From a plasmid: 39,819 nucleotides of DNA. Location: sequence record NZ_CP038019.1. One strand, written 5' to 3'. The notes under the pieces are model-generated. The model did not search any database, was not told the DNA's origin, and saw only the letters and a list, made by a program, of their open reading frames with translations. The translations under genes and the position numbers were made by a program. This document shows, piece after piece, positions 1-9,273 of the stretch (position 1 is its first letter; every line of letters begins with the position of its first letter).

Positions 1-431
1 GAAGCAACCAGATTCAGCCAGGCGGCGTTTCTGGTTTCTTTTATTTTCTGATTCACGGCGGTATCGATGACGTTACTTAAATTGTTTAGCTTGCTGCTTA
101 GTTGGGCACAAGTCTGTTCAATCTGCCGGTTGGCTTGGTTTTCGGTTTCGTGGAGTATTTTAATGATGACGGCACGGAGCTTATCTTGGTTTTGGTTGAG
201 GAAAGTTTCAATGTCCGGTTCGGATTGCTGTTGAATCGAGACCTTCCAATTGTGGGTTGTTTCCTCTATTTGTGACCGGAACTCGTTCAGTAATTCAGTT
301 TGGCCAGTTTTAAGTTGCTCTTCCAAGATTTCCATCATGGTGTATACCACCATGATGGGGTCTTTCGGGCTGATCGGTATCCCATTTTTCTCCAATATGG
401 TCGCCCGTATCATTTTAAGCTTGTCTTCCAT
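1..431 (-). CDS. traM: TraM-like conjugal transfer protein. It is partial here: the ATG is at 431-429 and the ORF runs off the window start. If the molecule is circular it would continue at 39819..39768 through a hydrophobic C-terminal segment.
   Basis: Manual minus-strand translation MEDKLKMIRATILEKNGIPI...NAAWLNLVAS has no stop down to position 1. The ORF starts 20 bp after the traL stop, which is the RP4 traK-traL-traM order. Joining the frame across the window ends gives ...SALVMLAVLILVLKFTF*. Confidence 0.45.
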   Translation of the reverse strand, partial: MEDKLKMIRATILEKNGIPISPKDPIMVVYTMMEILEEQLKTGQTELLNEFRSQIEETTHNWKVSIQQQSEPDIETFLNQNQDKLRAVIIKILHETENQANRQIEQTCAQLSSKLNNLSNVIDTAVNQKIKETRNAAWLNLVA

Positions 432-450
432 AAGCTATCTCACTACCCAG

Positions 451-1176
451 TCAAACCAGGTTAGCCTGGTCAATGGCCGCGAATAGGGTTTCAGCAATGA
501 CTTTTAATCGTTGACGCTCAAAAATTGAAAATGATTCGTCGGCAATGGCTTCATCAAAGGTCAGCTGTTTTTCCAACATATCGGCCAAATCCTTCCCTTG
601 CAAGGCCGGGTCTAATTCCGGAATACGGATGATGGCCGAGATTCTGGCACGGTGGGTTTTATAAGCTTTCAACTCTTCAAATGCTTTGCCTTGATAATTG
701 ACTTCTCCCCAAAACGGATTAAGCCAAATGACAAATTCTGCCTGTTCCGGGAACTGTTCGGCCAAGGCATCAAAACCGTTGATGGTGTGTTTCAGATTTT
801 GGCCCCCGACGACCGAGGTATGAATAACGATACGGTGGCCGGCTTGATGCAGCATCTCGATCAATTGGTTGGCTAGAATATAAGAACAGAGCGGTACGAA
901 ACCGTTGGCGCCAACATCCAGTAACACGTCTTGTTCAGTTGCAATGACTTGTTCAAACAGTTGGTCGAATCGCCGTTTGTCGATGTCGTCCTTGCGCATG
1001 ATCTCGAATTTTTCCGCCCCCAAGCGTTTGAAGCCGAACAAGGTGGCGTTGATCGGGTCGGTATCGAATATGGTCAAAGGCTGTTGCTGTCTTTGGTAGT
1101 ACATGGCCAACATCAGGGCGAGAAAGCTTTTCCCGACTCCCCCTTTGCCTTGCAGACTGAAATGTATGGTTGCCAT
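451..1176 (-). CDS. traL: TraL-like P-loop (ParA/MinD-fold) ATPase of the Tra1 region
   Basis: Walker A motif LQGKGGVGKSF at the N-terminus. Length is 241 aa, the same as RP4 TraL. Position is between the traK-like and traM-like ORFs. Confidence 0.7.
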   Translation of the reverse strand: MATIHFSLQGKGGVGKSFLALMLAMYYQRQQQPLTIFDTDPINATLFGFKRLGAEKFEIMRKDDIDKRRFDQLFEQVIATEQDVLLDVGANGFVPLCSYILANQLIEMLHQAGHRIVIHTSVVGGQNLKHTINGFDALAEQFPEQAEFVIWLNPFWGEVNYQGKAFEELKAYKTHRARISAIIRIPELDPALQGKDLADMLEKQLTFDEAIADESFSIFERQRLKVIAETLFAAIDQANLV

Positions 1177-1601
1177 CAGAGTAAATCCTCTTCGTTAGGG
1201 GATGAGTTAAATACAAAAGATCGTGATTGCTTAGCTGTCGCAATGATCGGTTTTTTATCCGGCCCGGCCGGTTTTGTCCGTTTGGCAAGCGGTAGAGAAT
1301 GTGAAGATTGCTTATTAGCTTGCGCAGAGCTGGGCATTTTGGCCGTCGTCGGTTGGTCCAAATATTCCCGGCAATATTGCAAAAATGTTCGGTAGCTGCA
1401 CCGGATGATGCCGTGATCCAGTAAGACTTGCCATACAAACTGAATCGGCAACTTGGCTTCGATAACCAATGCGGCCACATCGTCTCGGATGCTGAGGAAT
1501 TTTGCCTTGTGTGCAGATTTGGAGCGTTTTGATTCCCGGCTATCCCGCTTAACAGCCTCAGCCAATACTAGGCTGACAATTTTTGATGGAGTAGAAGCCA
1601 T
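1176..1601 (-). CDS. traK: TraK-like oriT-binding relaxosome accessory protein
   Basis: Basic 141-aa protein encoded divergently from the traJ/traI operon across an AT-rich intergenic region. Position matches RP4 traK. Confidence 0.5.
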   Translation of the reverse strand: MASTPSKIVSLVLAEAVKRDSRESKRSKSAHKAKFLSIRDDVAALVIEAKLPIQFVWQVLLDHGIIRCSYRTFLQYCREYLDQPTTAKMPSSAQANKQSSHSLPLAKRTKPAGPDKKPIIATAKQSRSFVFNSSPNEEDLL

Positions 1602-1913
1602 ATTGTCGGTACTAATAAATACAAAACAAGTTCAAAACAATATTAAACAAATATCTATTATTGGTAATTCTACATCATCTAACAATGGTTTGCACTTTTT
1701 TCCTGGCGTAAAAAATCCGGCAAATTTAGTTTGACTAAATTTGGTTTTAAATTACTTATATTTTATATTAGAATCGTAACTATAAATGCTGGGCAAGATA
1801 GGTAATGTGACGTATCAATGTCCCATTACTTCCTTATTCGCCTTGCTCAACGGGTATCTTGCTCTGCGAGGCTGGGCAACTACCGTTGCCTCATGGTTCA
1901 AACACCAGGAAAG
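1602..1913. promoter_or_regulatory. oriT: Putative oriT with divergent traK/traJ promoters. A nic-like sequence TATCTTG|C lies at 1855-1862.
   Basis: AT-rich spacer of about 310 bp between divergent traK and traJ. The sequence gggTATCTTGCtctg resembles the RP4/R751 nic consensus YATCCTG|Y and sits about 50 bp upstream of the likely traJ start. Confidence 0.45.
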
Positions 1914-2297
1914 ATGATGGGAACTAATAAGCGGAAGTATTCCAAGCGGATTCAAGTGGTCGTCAGTGATGATGAGTTTGCAAAAATAGCCGAAGCGGCC
2001 GAGTCGGTAGGACTCAGCCATTCGGCCTATTTGCGTGAACTGGGTTTGGGCTATGCTCCGGCACCGGTTTACGATTTGGAAGCTGTAGAACAGATGATGA
2101 AGTTGAATGCTGACCAAGGTCGCCTGGGTGGTCTCATCAAGATGTGGTTGAGTAATGATGAACGCTTGCTGATGTTTGAACGTGAGTCATTAAGCAAGGC
2201 TATTTTCGGTGTGTTGAAACAGATCGAAGAGCTTCAGGGGGAGTTATTAGAGGTGGTTAAGATGCGCCGAATTTTAGCCGCTAAAAAAAGGTTCTGA
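1914..2297 (+). CDS. traJ: TraJ/MobC-like relaxosome accessory protein, probably ribbon-helix-helix
   Basis: An RBS caggaaag precedes the ATG at 1914; the ORF-track start at 1818 is probably too far upstream. The segment RIQVVVSDDEFAKIAEAAESVGLSHSAYLRELGLG looks RHH-like. The gene lies immediately upstream of the relaxase. Confidence 0.6.
   Translation: MMGTNKRKYSKRIQVVVSDDEFAKIAEAAESVGLSHSAYLRELGLGYAPAPVYDLEAVEQMMKLNADQGRLGGLIKMWLSNDERLLMFERESLSKAIFGVLKQIEELQGELLEVVKMRRILAAKKRF
2273..2285. promoter_or_regulatory. KorB-type operator palindrome TTTAGCCGCTAAA
   Basis: Perfect 13-bp palindrome matching the RK2 OB consensus. It lies in the 3' end of traJ, 15 bp before the traI start. Confidence 0.7.
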
Positions 2298-2299
2298 GC

Positions 2300-4408
2300 A
2301 TGATTGCCAAAAAAATCCCGATGCGCAATGTTAGGTTGAGCAGTTTTGCTGATTTGGTTACGTATTTGTCATCCAGTCAAGGCATCCATAACCGGGTCGG
2401 CAAAATCGCCCTACATAATTTCCAGGTGGAAAATGTAGATTTTGCCGTACAGGATGTGTTGCGGGTGCAAGACTACAATAAAAGCACAAAGGCGGATAAA
2501 ACCTATCATTTGCTGGTTTCGTTTGCTGACGGGGAGAACCTGTCTGATGAGCAGCTGGCACGGATTGAGCAAAGTATGGTGGAGGCACTGGGTTACGGTG
2601 AGCATCAGCGGATCTCGGTGGTGCATCGTGATACCGATAATCTGCATTTTCATGTTGCCATTAATAAAATTCACCCGCAGAAAAAAACTGTTCACGAACC
2701 CTATCGGGATTTTAAAGTGTTGGGTGAGCAGTGTCGTAAGTTTGAAATTGCATTGGGTTTGCAGCGGGTAGGGCGCGGCGGCGGCAATCGTGCTGGTATC
2801 GATATGGAGGAGATGTCGGGTCTGGAAAGCCTGCTGGGTTGGGTCAGACGTAATGTTGCCGACGGCTTGCGCAAGGCGCAGTCTTGGGAACAGTTGCATC
2901 AGATGGTTTTGGAAAATGGTTTAGAGCTGAAACAACGCGGCAACGGCTTGGTTTTTGGTGCCGGCGGGGTCTGGGTCAAGGCCAGTAGTGTTGATCGGGA
3001 ATTTTCCAAAGCCAAATTGGAACAAAAACTGGGTGCATACCGCCCGCCGCCAGTCGATTTGGCGCGGCCGCCGGTTAAGGCCCGGTATGAAAAAAAACCC
3101 TATTCCCGAACCGATACCAGCCGTTTGTATGCCGCCTACCAGGCCGAGCGCAGCAAAACCGAGCGCCGTCGTCGCGAACAACTGGAAGATTTGATGTATG
3201 AACGCGATCGGGATATACGGTCGATTAAGGCTAAATACGAATTCAGAATCCGCTTGGCCAAATTGGGTGGGCGGCGTAACCGAACGGTACTCCGTATTTT
3301 GTCCAGTCAACGGCGGTTGGAGTTGCAAAGCCGTCGCAGCCAGTACCGTTGGCAGTGTCAATCGGTTTATCAGCAGCACAAACAGCAAACCTGGGCCGAC
3401 TGGTTGAAGCGGCAGGCGGCCGCCGGTAACGCCGAGGCTTTGCAGGCATTGCGCGACCGGGGAAAACAAGCAGTGTATCGCGGTAACCAGTTTCAAGGTC
3501 GGGAAGAGGGCGGCGGTTTGGCAGAAATGCGGGTAGATACTGTGACCAAAAAGGGTACGGTGGTTTACGAGCAGGACGGCTATACTATTCGGGATGCGGG
3601 TCAAACGCTGCATTTGGCGGATATTCCGGCTGATCCGGCGGTAGAAAAGGCGTTGCGTTTGGCAATGGCCAAATACGGTCGGCGTCTGAAGGTAGAGGGG
3701 ACGCAGGACTTCCGTCAGAAGGTTGCCCGTATTGCGGCAGCGGCTGGTTTGGGTGTTGAGTTTACCGATCCGCTTCTCGAGCAAAGTTTCCAACAATACA
3801 AACAGAGGTATGTCGATGTCAGAGCAGGAACACACAGCGGACTTGAAACAATTGATGGCGTTGGGAGCCGAGATGGCATCGGATCAATCGACGGCGCCGC
3901 TGGAATCGAGGGAACCCGAATCATCTCCGGCGAACGCAATGATGTCGGCAGCCGAGATGACCGCGTCGATGGAGCAGTACGTTCCGGCGCGCACACGCAG
4001 TTCGACGACCTTGGAAGGGTTGGCGTTGGAGCGGCCTCACCGTTTGCCGAAGGAGACGACGGTTTGCGAGGAATGTCTGAACGTCGTTTGAAGCAATCGC
4101 GAGCCGCACAATTGGCTGATTTGGTGCAACAGTACATTGATGAGCGGGAAGAAAAACGGCAAAAAGGCTTCGATATAGTGCATCATAGGCGGTATAATGC
4201 AACTGATGCTGGCTGGCTGATTTTCAACGGAATACGGGAAGTTGGCGGCCATCCAATCGGTCTATTCAAACCGGCGCACCGTGACGAGGTGGTGGTGCTG
4301 GGCTTGAGTGATTACGCCCGGCGGCGACTGGGCAAACTCAAATTGGGATCTGAAGTGACCATCAACAAAATTGGTCAGGTACGGATTGGTAAAGGTAGAA
4401 ATAAGTAA
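2300..4408 (+). CDS. traI: MOBP-family conjugative relaxase (TraI)
   Basis: Relaxase motif III of the RP4-TraI type is present as VVHRDTDNLHFHVAINKIHP (HxDxxxxHxHxxxN). The 702-aa protein lies between traJ and the coupling-protein gene. Confidence 0.9.
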   Translation: MIAKKIPMRNVRLSSFADLVTYLSSSQGIHNRVGKIALHNFQVENVDFAVQDVLRVQDYNKSTKADKTYHLLVSFADGENLSDEQLARIEQSMVEALGYGEHQRISVVHRDTDNLHFHVAINKIHPQKKTVHEPYRDFKVLGEQCRKFEIALGLQRVGRGGGNRAGIDMEEMSGLESLLGWVRRNVADGLRKAQSWEQLHQMVLENGLELKQRGNGLVFGAGGVWVKASSVDREFSKAKLEQKLGAYRPPPVDLARPPVKARYEKKPYSRTDTSRLYAAYQAERSKTERRRREQLEDLMYERDRDIRSIKAKYEFRIRLAKLGGRRNRTVLRILSSQRRLELQSRRSQYRWQCQSVYQQHKQQTWADWLKRQAAAGNAEALQALRDRGKQAVYRGNQFQGREEGGGLAEMRVDTVTKKGTVVYEQDGYTIRDAGQTLHLADIPADPAVEKALRLAMAKYGRRLKVEGTQDFRQKVARIAAAAGLGVEFTDPLLEQSFQQYKQRYVDVRAGTHSGLETIDGVGSRDGIGSIDGAAGIEGTRIISGERNDVGSRDDRVDGAVRSGAHTQFDDLGRVGVGAASPFAEGDDGLRGMSERRLKQSRAAQLADLVQQYIDEREEKRQKGFDIVHHRRYNATDAGWLIFNGIREVGGHPIGLFKPAHRDEVVVLGLSDYARRRLGKLKLGSEVTINKIGQVRIGKGRNK

Positions 4409-6320
4409 TATGGGTATTTTCAGCAAGCAACACCGAAATAATGCAGCCGGCCATCGGGAAGAACCGATTTCCAAAAACAGGGAACGCTGGGTAGCAGTGG
4501 GTCTGCTGTTGGGTAGCGTATTACTCGGCCTGTCGGCAGCGACACAGTATTTTGCTGCCGCTGCCGGTTATGACCCTGCTTTGGGTTTCCATATCGGCAA
4601 GCTTTATATGCCGTGGAGTATTTTGATTTGGTACGGTAAGTGGCGGTCGGTGTATCCCAAGCCGTTAATGACGGCATTCAGCATCATGTTGGTGCTGGTC
4701 ACTCTGAGTATGATGGGCATACTGATATGGCGCATTGTCAGAGCAAACACCAATAAGGCACACGAATCCTTGCACGGTTCGGCACGATGGGCTGACCGTA
4801 AGGATATCGAAACCGCTGGCTTGCTACCGAAAAAAGGACAGGATAGCGACGGTGTGTACGTTGGTGGCTGGCTCGACAAACAGGGTAAGCTGCATTATTT
4901 GCGCCATTCCGGTCCGGAGCATGTACTGACTTACGCACCGACCCGTTCCGGTAAAGGTTTGGGTTTGGTTATCCCGACCTTGTTGTCATGGCCGCACAGT
5001 ACGGTCATTACCGATTTGAAAGGCGAATTGTGGGCATTGACCGCCGGTTGGCGCCGCCAATACGCCTATAACAAGGTTATCCGCTTCGAGCCGGCCACTG
5101 CCGCTGGTAGTGCTGCCTGGAATCCGTTGGAGGAGATCCGTATCGGTACCGAGTATGAAATCGGCGACGTGCAGAATTTAGCTACCATGATTGTGGATCC
5201 AGACGGGAAAGGGTTGGTCAGCCACTGGGAAAAAACCGCATTTGCCCTGCTGACGGGCGTTATTTTGTTTGCCTTGTACAAAGAGCGGAAAAACGGGCGG
5301 ATGGCCACTTTACCGGGGATCGACCGGATGTTATCCAATCCGGAACAACCGGTGCAGGATTTATGGGTCGAAATGGCGACCCATTCCCAGGACTATACCG
5401 ATGATGGCCGTGAGTTACTGGTGGTGTCCTCCGCCGGACAGGATATGTTGGATAGGCCGGACGAAGAGGCCGGTTCCGTCCTTTCTACGGCCAAATCCTA
5501 TTTGGCCTTGTACCGCGACACGGTGGTGGCAGCCAATGTCAGCCGTTCGGACTTTCGGATTAAAGACCTGATGAATGACGAAAGCCCGGTCAGCCTATAC
5601 ATCATTACCCAGCCGAACGATAAATTGCGGTTGCGCCCGTTGGTGCGTATTTTGGTAAATATGATTTTCCGGTTGCTGGCGGACAAAATGGAGTTTGAGA
5701 ACGGGCGGCCGAAGGCCAATTACAAGCATCGGCTGCTGTTTATGGCGGATGAATTTCCCAGTTTGGGCAAGTTGGATATTCTGCAAGAGTCGCTGGCGTT
5801 TGTTGCCGGTTACGGGATCAAATGCTACCTGATTACTCAGGATTTGAACCAATTGAAGAGTCGGGAAACCGGCTATGGTCCGGATGAGACCATTACCTCA
5901 AACTGCCACGTCCAAAACGCTTATCCGCCCAACCGGATTGAAACGGCAGAACATCTGTCTAAGCTGACCGGTGTTACAACGGTGGTCAAAGAACAAATCA
6001 CCACCAGCGGCAAACGCGCCAGTGCCATGTTGAGCCAGGTGTCGCGCACGACGCAGGAAGTACAACGGCCCTTGCTGACAGCCGACGAGTGCATGCGCAT
6101 GAAGGGGCCGGTTAAAGATGCCAACGGTATGGTTACCGAGGCCGGTGATATGGTGATTTATGTGGCGGGTTATCCGGCGATTTACGGCCGCCAGATCCTG
6201 TATTTTATGGATCCGGCTTTTTCGGTCCGTGCCAAGGTACCGGCTCCGCGCCATACCGACCGTACCCGTACCTGTATCCGGATCTCGGATGCGCCCAGCG
6301 CATTCGACTTGATGACATGA
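4371..6320 (+). CDS. traG: Type IV coupling protein of the TraG/VirD4 family. An alternative start lies at 4410.
   Basis: N-terminal transmembrane segments, Walker A APTRSGKGLGLVIPTLLS and a DEF..LGK-type Walker B region (MADEFPSLGK). Length is 649 aa. Confidence 0.9.
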   Translation: MVRYGLVKVEISNMGIFSKQHRNNAAGHREEPISKNRERWVAVGLLLGSVLLGLSAATQYFAAAAGYDPALGFHIGKLYMPWSILIWYGKWRSVYPKPLMTAFSIMLVLVTLSMMGILIWRIVRANTNKAHESLHGSARWADRKDIETAGLLPKKGQDSDGVYVGGWLDKQGKLHYLRHSGPEHVLTYAPTRSGKGLGLVIPTLLSWPHSTVITDLKGELWALTAGWRRQYAYNKVIRFEPATAAGSAAWNPLEEIRIGTEYEIGDVQNLATMIVDPDGKGLVSHWEKTAFALLTGVILFALYKERKNGRMATLPGIDRMLSNPEQPVQDLWVEMATHSQDYTDDGRELLVVSSAGQDMLDRPDEEAGSVLSTAKSYLALYRDTVVAANVSRSDFRIKDLMNDESPVSLYIITQPNDKLRLRPLVRILVNMIFRLLADKMEFENGRPKANYKHRLLFMADEFPSLGKLDILQESLAFVAGYGIKCYLITQDLNQLKSRETGYGPDETITSNCHVQNAYPPNRIETAEHLSKLTGVTTVVKEQITTSGKRASAMLSQVSRTTQEVQRPLLTADECMRMKGPVKDANGMVTEAGDMVIYVAGYPAIYGRQILYFMDPAFSVRAKVPAPRHTDRTRTCIRISDAPSAFDLMT

Positions 6321-6868
6321 TAGCGCGGCGCATCCGGCCGCTGCTTGCGGCGGCTGCCAAGTGGGCGGCCGTTGCTTTAACTGTCGTCTTTGTCCTGTTG
6401 GCCACTGCCTATCTGTTGGGTATTCGTTTTAATACTTCCCGCAGCGTTCCCTACGGTTTTTACCGCATAGTGGACAAACCGATTGCCCGGCAGGTTTATG
6501 TACGCTTTTGTCCGCCGGATACCGTACCGTTCAGGTTGGCGCGGACACGCGGATACATCGAAGCCGGTTCCTGCCCCAGTGGTGCCCGTGGATTGATTAA
6601 AACAGTGGTGGGGATGCCGGGCGACCATTACCGGTTTAGTGATGCCGGTCTGGTATTGAACGGTCATTTGCAGACCAATACCCGTCCGTTGCTTGAGGAT
6701 GGTGCCGGTCGGTCTTTGCCCTTGAATCGCAGTAGCGGCATTTTGCAGGCGGGGCAATATATCCTGATGGGGAACAACGTGCCCAACTCTTACGATGCCC
6801 GTTATTACGGCATCATCAACGAGCAGGATGTGACCGCGGTTTTGGAACCGGTATGGTTGCTGGACTAA
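6317..6868 (+). CDS. traF: TraF-like conjugative signal peptidase (S26 family), involved in pilin maturation
   Basis: N-terminal transmembrane anchor. S26-like segments GDHYRFSDAGLVLNG and ILMGNNVPNSYDARYYG. The start overlaps the traG stop (ATGA). Position matches RP4 traF. Confidence 0.75.
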   Translation: MIARRIRPLLAAAAKWAAVALTVVFVLLATAYLLGIRFNTSRSVPYGFYRIVDKPIARQVYVRFCPPDTVPFRLARTRGYIEAGSCPSGARGLIKTVVGMPGDHYRFSDAGLVLNGHLQTNTRPLLEDGAGRSLPLNRSSGILQAGQYILMGNNVPNSYDARYYGIINEQDVTAVLEPVWLLD

Positions 6869-6884
6869 CTGATAAGGCTGAATC

Positions 6885-9086
6885 ATGAGCAGACTGTATA
6901 TTGCCGAAAAACCAGACGTGGCGCGTGCTTTGCGCGAGGCATTGGATCTGCCGGCCGAACGGCTGGACGGCTATTTCAAGTGCAGTAACGGCGACATGAT
7001 TACCTGGTGCTACGGCCATATGCTGCAACTGATGGATCCGGAAGATTACGATCCAAAGTATCAGCAATGGTCACTTGAGCACTTACCGATTGTCCATATC
7101 CCTTGGCGTAAAAAACCGTTACCCGACAGTGCCGTCCAGTTACAGCTAATCGGCAAGTTGTTGCAACAGGCAGCGGAAGTCGTGCATGCCGGCGATCCGG
7201 ATGAAGAAGGGCAGTTGTTGGTGGATGAGGTGTTGGAATATTTTTCTTGGCGCTTGCCGGTCAAACGGGTGCTTATTAACGACAATAATGCCAGCGTGGT
7301 ACGCAAAGCCTTGGCGCAGATGCGTGACAATGCCGAGTACCGCGGTTTGTCCCAGTCGGCGGAAGCCCGTTCGGTCAGTGATCAGTTGTACGGCTACAAC
7401 CTGACCCGGGCCTACACCTTAAAAGCGCGGGAGCAGGGATTTAACGGCGTGTTGTCGGTAGGACGGGTGCAAACGCCGATGCTGGGTTTGGTGGTGCGGC
7501 GTGACCGGGAAAATCAAAACCATGTCAAACAGTATTACTACCAGGTACAGGGAAATTTTGAGGTATCCGGCCAAGTCTTTTCCGCCCGCTATCAACCGCA
7601 ACCGGATACGGATGCGTTAGATGACAAAGGCCGTTTGGCGCGGCAGGATGAGGCAGAAGCCATTGCCCGGGAATGCAGCGGGCAGTCGGCAAAAATTTTA
7701 GCCGCTAAAATTTCCCACAAAACCCAGGCACCGCCGCTGCCATACAATCTGCTGAAGCTGCAAGCTGATTGCGCCCGCAAGTTCGGCTTGAAGCCGGACC
7801 AAGTCAAAGACATTACCCAAGTGTTACGCGAAAAATACAAACTGATTACCTATAACCGCAGCGACTGCCAGTATCTGAATGACGAGCATCATGCGGAGGC
7901 ACCGGTGATTTTGGCGGCCATCGGGCAGAATGCGCCGCTGTTTGCCCGGGTTTTGGCGAAAGCCGACCCGACCATCAAAAGCCGGGCATTCAATAATGAA
8001 AAGGTTTCTGCCCACCACGGCATTATCCCGACCCGGGCAACGGCCGATTTCAGCCGTCTGACCGAAGACGAGCAGCGGATTTATCTGCTGATTGCCCGTT
8101 CTTATATCGCCCAGTTTTACCCGGTGCATGAGTTCGACCAAACCGACTTAACCATCCAAGTCGGCCAGCGGCAGTTCGGTTGCCGCAGCCATAGCACTAC
8201 GGCTGCCGGTTGGCAGGTGCTGTACAAGAACGACCAGGGCAATACAGAAACCCAGCAGGGTGGGGGAGCGGAAGCCATATCGGAAATCGATTTGCGTAAC
8301 CTCCATCAAGGCGATACCGGCTGTTGCCGGACTGCCGAAGCCGTGAGTCTGGAGACCAAGCCCAAACCGCTGTATACCGTCGATACCTTGCTAAACGACC
8401 TGACCCGGGTGGCTAAATACATCCAGAATGACCAACTCCGGAAAATTTTGATTGAAAAAGATAAGGAAAAAGAAGGCGAACATGGCGGCATCGGTACACC
8501 GGCGACCCGGGACGAGATTTTACGCAACCTGTTCGACCGTGGTTATTTGGTCGAAAAAGGGAAACATATTGTCAGTACCGAGATCGGTCGTCAGCTATAC
8601 GATGCCTTGCCGGATCAGGCCAAATATCCGGATATGACCGCTTTGTGGCACCAACAGCAGCAGTACATCGTTAAAGGCGAATTGGATGCCGAACGCTTTG
8701 TCCGCAACTTAATGGAATACATAGGCGGCGAAGTGGCTCGGGTGCAGCAGGACGGCATTCAGCTTGCAATCAAAAAATACCCCTGTCCCAATTGCGGCAA
8801 ACCGCTGCGTCGGATGAAAGGCGGCAAAGGCTTCTTTTGGGGGTGTACCGGTTACAAAGACGGGTGTAAGACTTCTTTTTCCGACAAGGCGGGGCGGCCG
8901 GTTCTGGTGCCGAAAAAGCCGGAACCCAGCAGCAAATATGAATGCACGGCCTGCGGCAGTAAATTGATCAGACGGGCCGGTAAACGTAAAGGAACGCATT
9001 TTTGGGGGTGCAGCAGTTATCCCGACTGCAAACAATATTACCCCGATCTCAATGGGAAACCGGACTACTCACAGACGAAAGGATGA
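6885..9086 (+). CDS. traE: DNA topoisomerase III (type IA) at the RP4 TraE position
   Basis: Toprim N-terminus MSRLYIAEKPDVARAL, type IA core, and C-terminal Cys4 zinc ribbons (CPNCGKPL...GCTGYKDGC; CTACGSKL...GCSSYPDC). Confidence 0.85.
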   Translation: MSRLYIAEKPDVARALREALDLPAERLDGYFKCSNGDMITWCYGHMLQLMDPEDYDPKYQQWSLEHLPIVHIPWRKKPLPDSAVQLQLIGKLLQQAAEVVHAGDPDEEGQLLVDEVLEYFSWRLPVKRVLINDNNASVVRKALAQMRDNAEYRGLSQSAEARSVSDQLYGYNLTRAYTLKAREQGFNGVLSVGRVQTPMLGLVVRRDRENQNHVKQYYYQVQGNFEVSGQVFSARYQPQPDTDALDDKGRLARQDEAEAIARECSGQSAKILAAKISHKTQAPPLPYNLLKLQADCARKFGLKPDQVKDITQVLREKYKLITYNRSDCQYLNDEHHAEAPVILAAIGQNAPLFARVLAKADPTIKSRAFNNEKVSAHHGIIPTRATADFSRLTEDEQRIYLLIARSYIAQFYPVHEFDQTDLTIQVGQRQFGCRSHSTTAAGWQVLYKNDQGNTETQQGGGAEAISEIDLRNLHQGDTGCCRTAEAVSLETKPKPLYTVDTLLNDLTRVAKYIQNDQLRKILIEKDKEKEGEHGGIGTPATRDEILRNLFDRGYLVEKGKHIVSTEIGRQLYDALPDQAKYPDMTALWHQQQQYIVKGELDAERFVRNLMEYIGGEVARVQQDGIQLAIKKYPCPNCGKPLRRMKGGKGFFWGCTGYKDGCKTSFSDKAGRPVLVPKKPEPSSKYECTACGSKLIRRAGKRKGTHFWGCSSYPDCKQYYPDLNGKPDYSQTKG
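7697..7709. promoter_or_regulatory. Intragenic KorB-type operator TTTAGCCGCTAAA
   Basis: Perfect 13-bp palindrome with extended AATTTTAGCCGCTAAAATTT flanks, inside the topoisomerase III gene. Confidence 0.65.
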
Positions 9087-9089
9087 GCA

Positions 9090-9272
9090 ATGGATACAAC
9101 AAACGATGTAATTGCCCAGAAAGTATTGGATTTGGACGTGCCGGGCGTGGAAGTGGCATTCGATCCCGAAGAGGCCGAGGCATTGGGTGCGTTTGTGGAA
9201 ACGGCATTGGAAGAAGCCGATGCGCGCGCCTCCGTCATCGATTTGGCCGAAATATCGGCTGAGGAGGCATAA
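9090..9272 (+). CDS. Small acidic protein, 60 aa, at the RP4 TraD position
   Basis: ORF with Asp/Glu/Ala-rich sequence whose stop overlaps the RBS GAGGAGG of the next gene. Assignment is by position only. Confidence 0.35.
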   Translation: MDTTNDVIAQKVLDLDVPGVEVAFDPEEAEALGAFVETALEEADARASVIDLAEISAEEA

Positions 9273-9273
9273 C

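Noticed and set aside
250-486. Plus-strand 78-aa ORF at the window start
   Set aside because: The same region encodes a convincing traM-like ORF on the minus strand, immediately downstream of traL.
2921-3835. 304-aa minus-strand ORF inside traI, and similar long antisense ORFs at 19500-20453, 22521-23394 and 25907-26894
   Set aside because: These are antisense to well-supported tra/trb genes. They have low-complexity compositions typical of GC-rich antisense frames and no RBS or domain features.
9112-9273. ORF-track N-terminal extension of the traC-like gene (MPRKYWIWTCRAWKW...)
   Set aside because: The Trp/Arg-rich junk sequence overlaps the 60-aa acidic ORF in another frame. A strong RBS (GAGGAGG) precedes the ATG at 9274, and the ArdC-like domain starts there.
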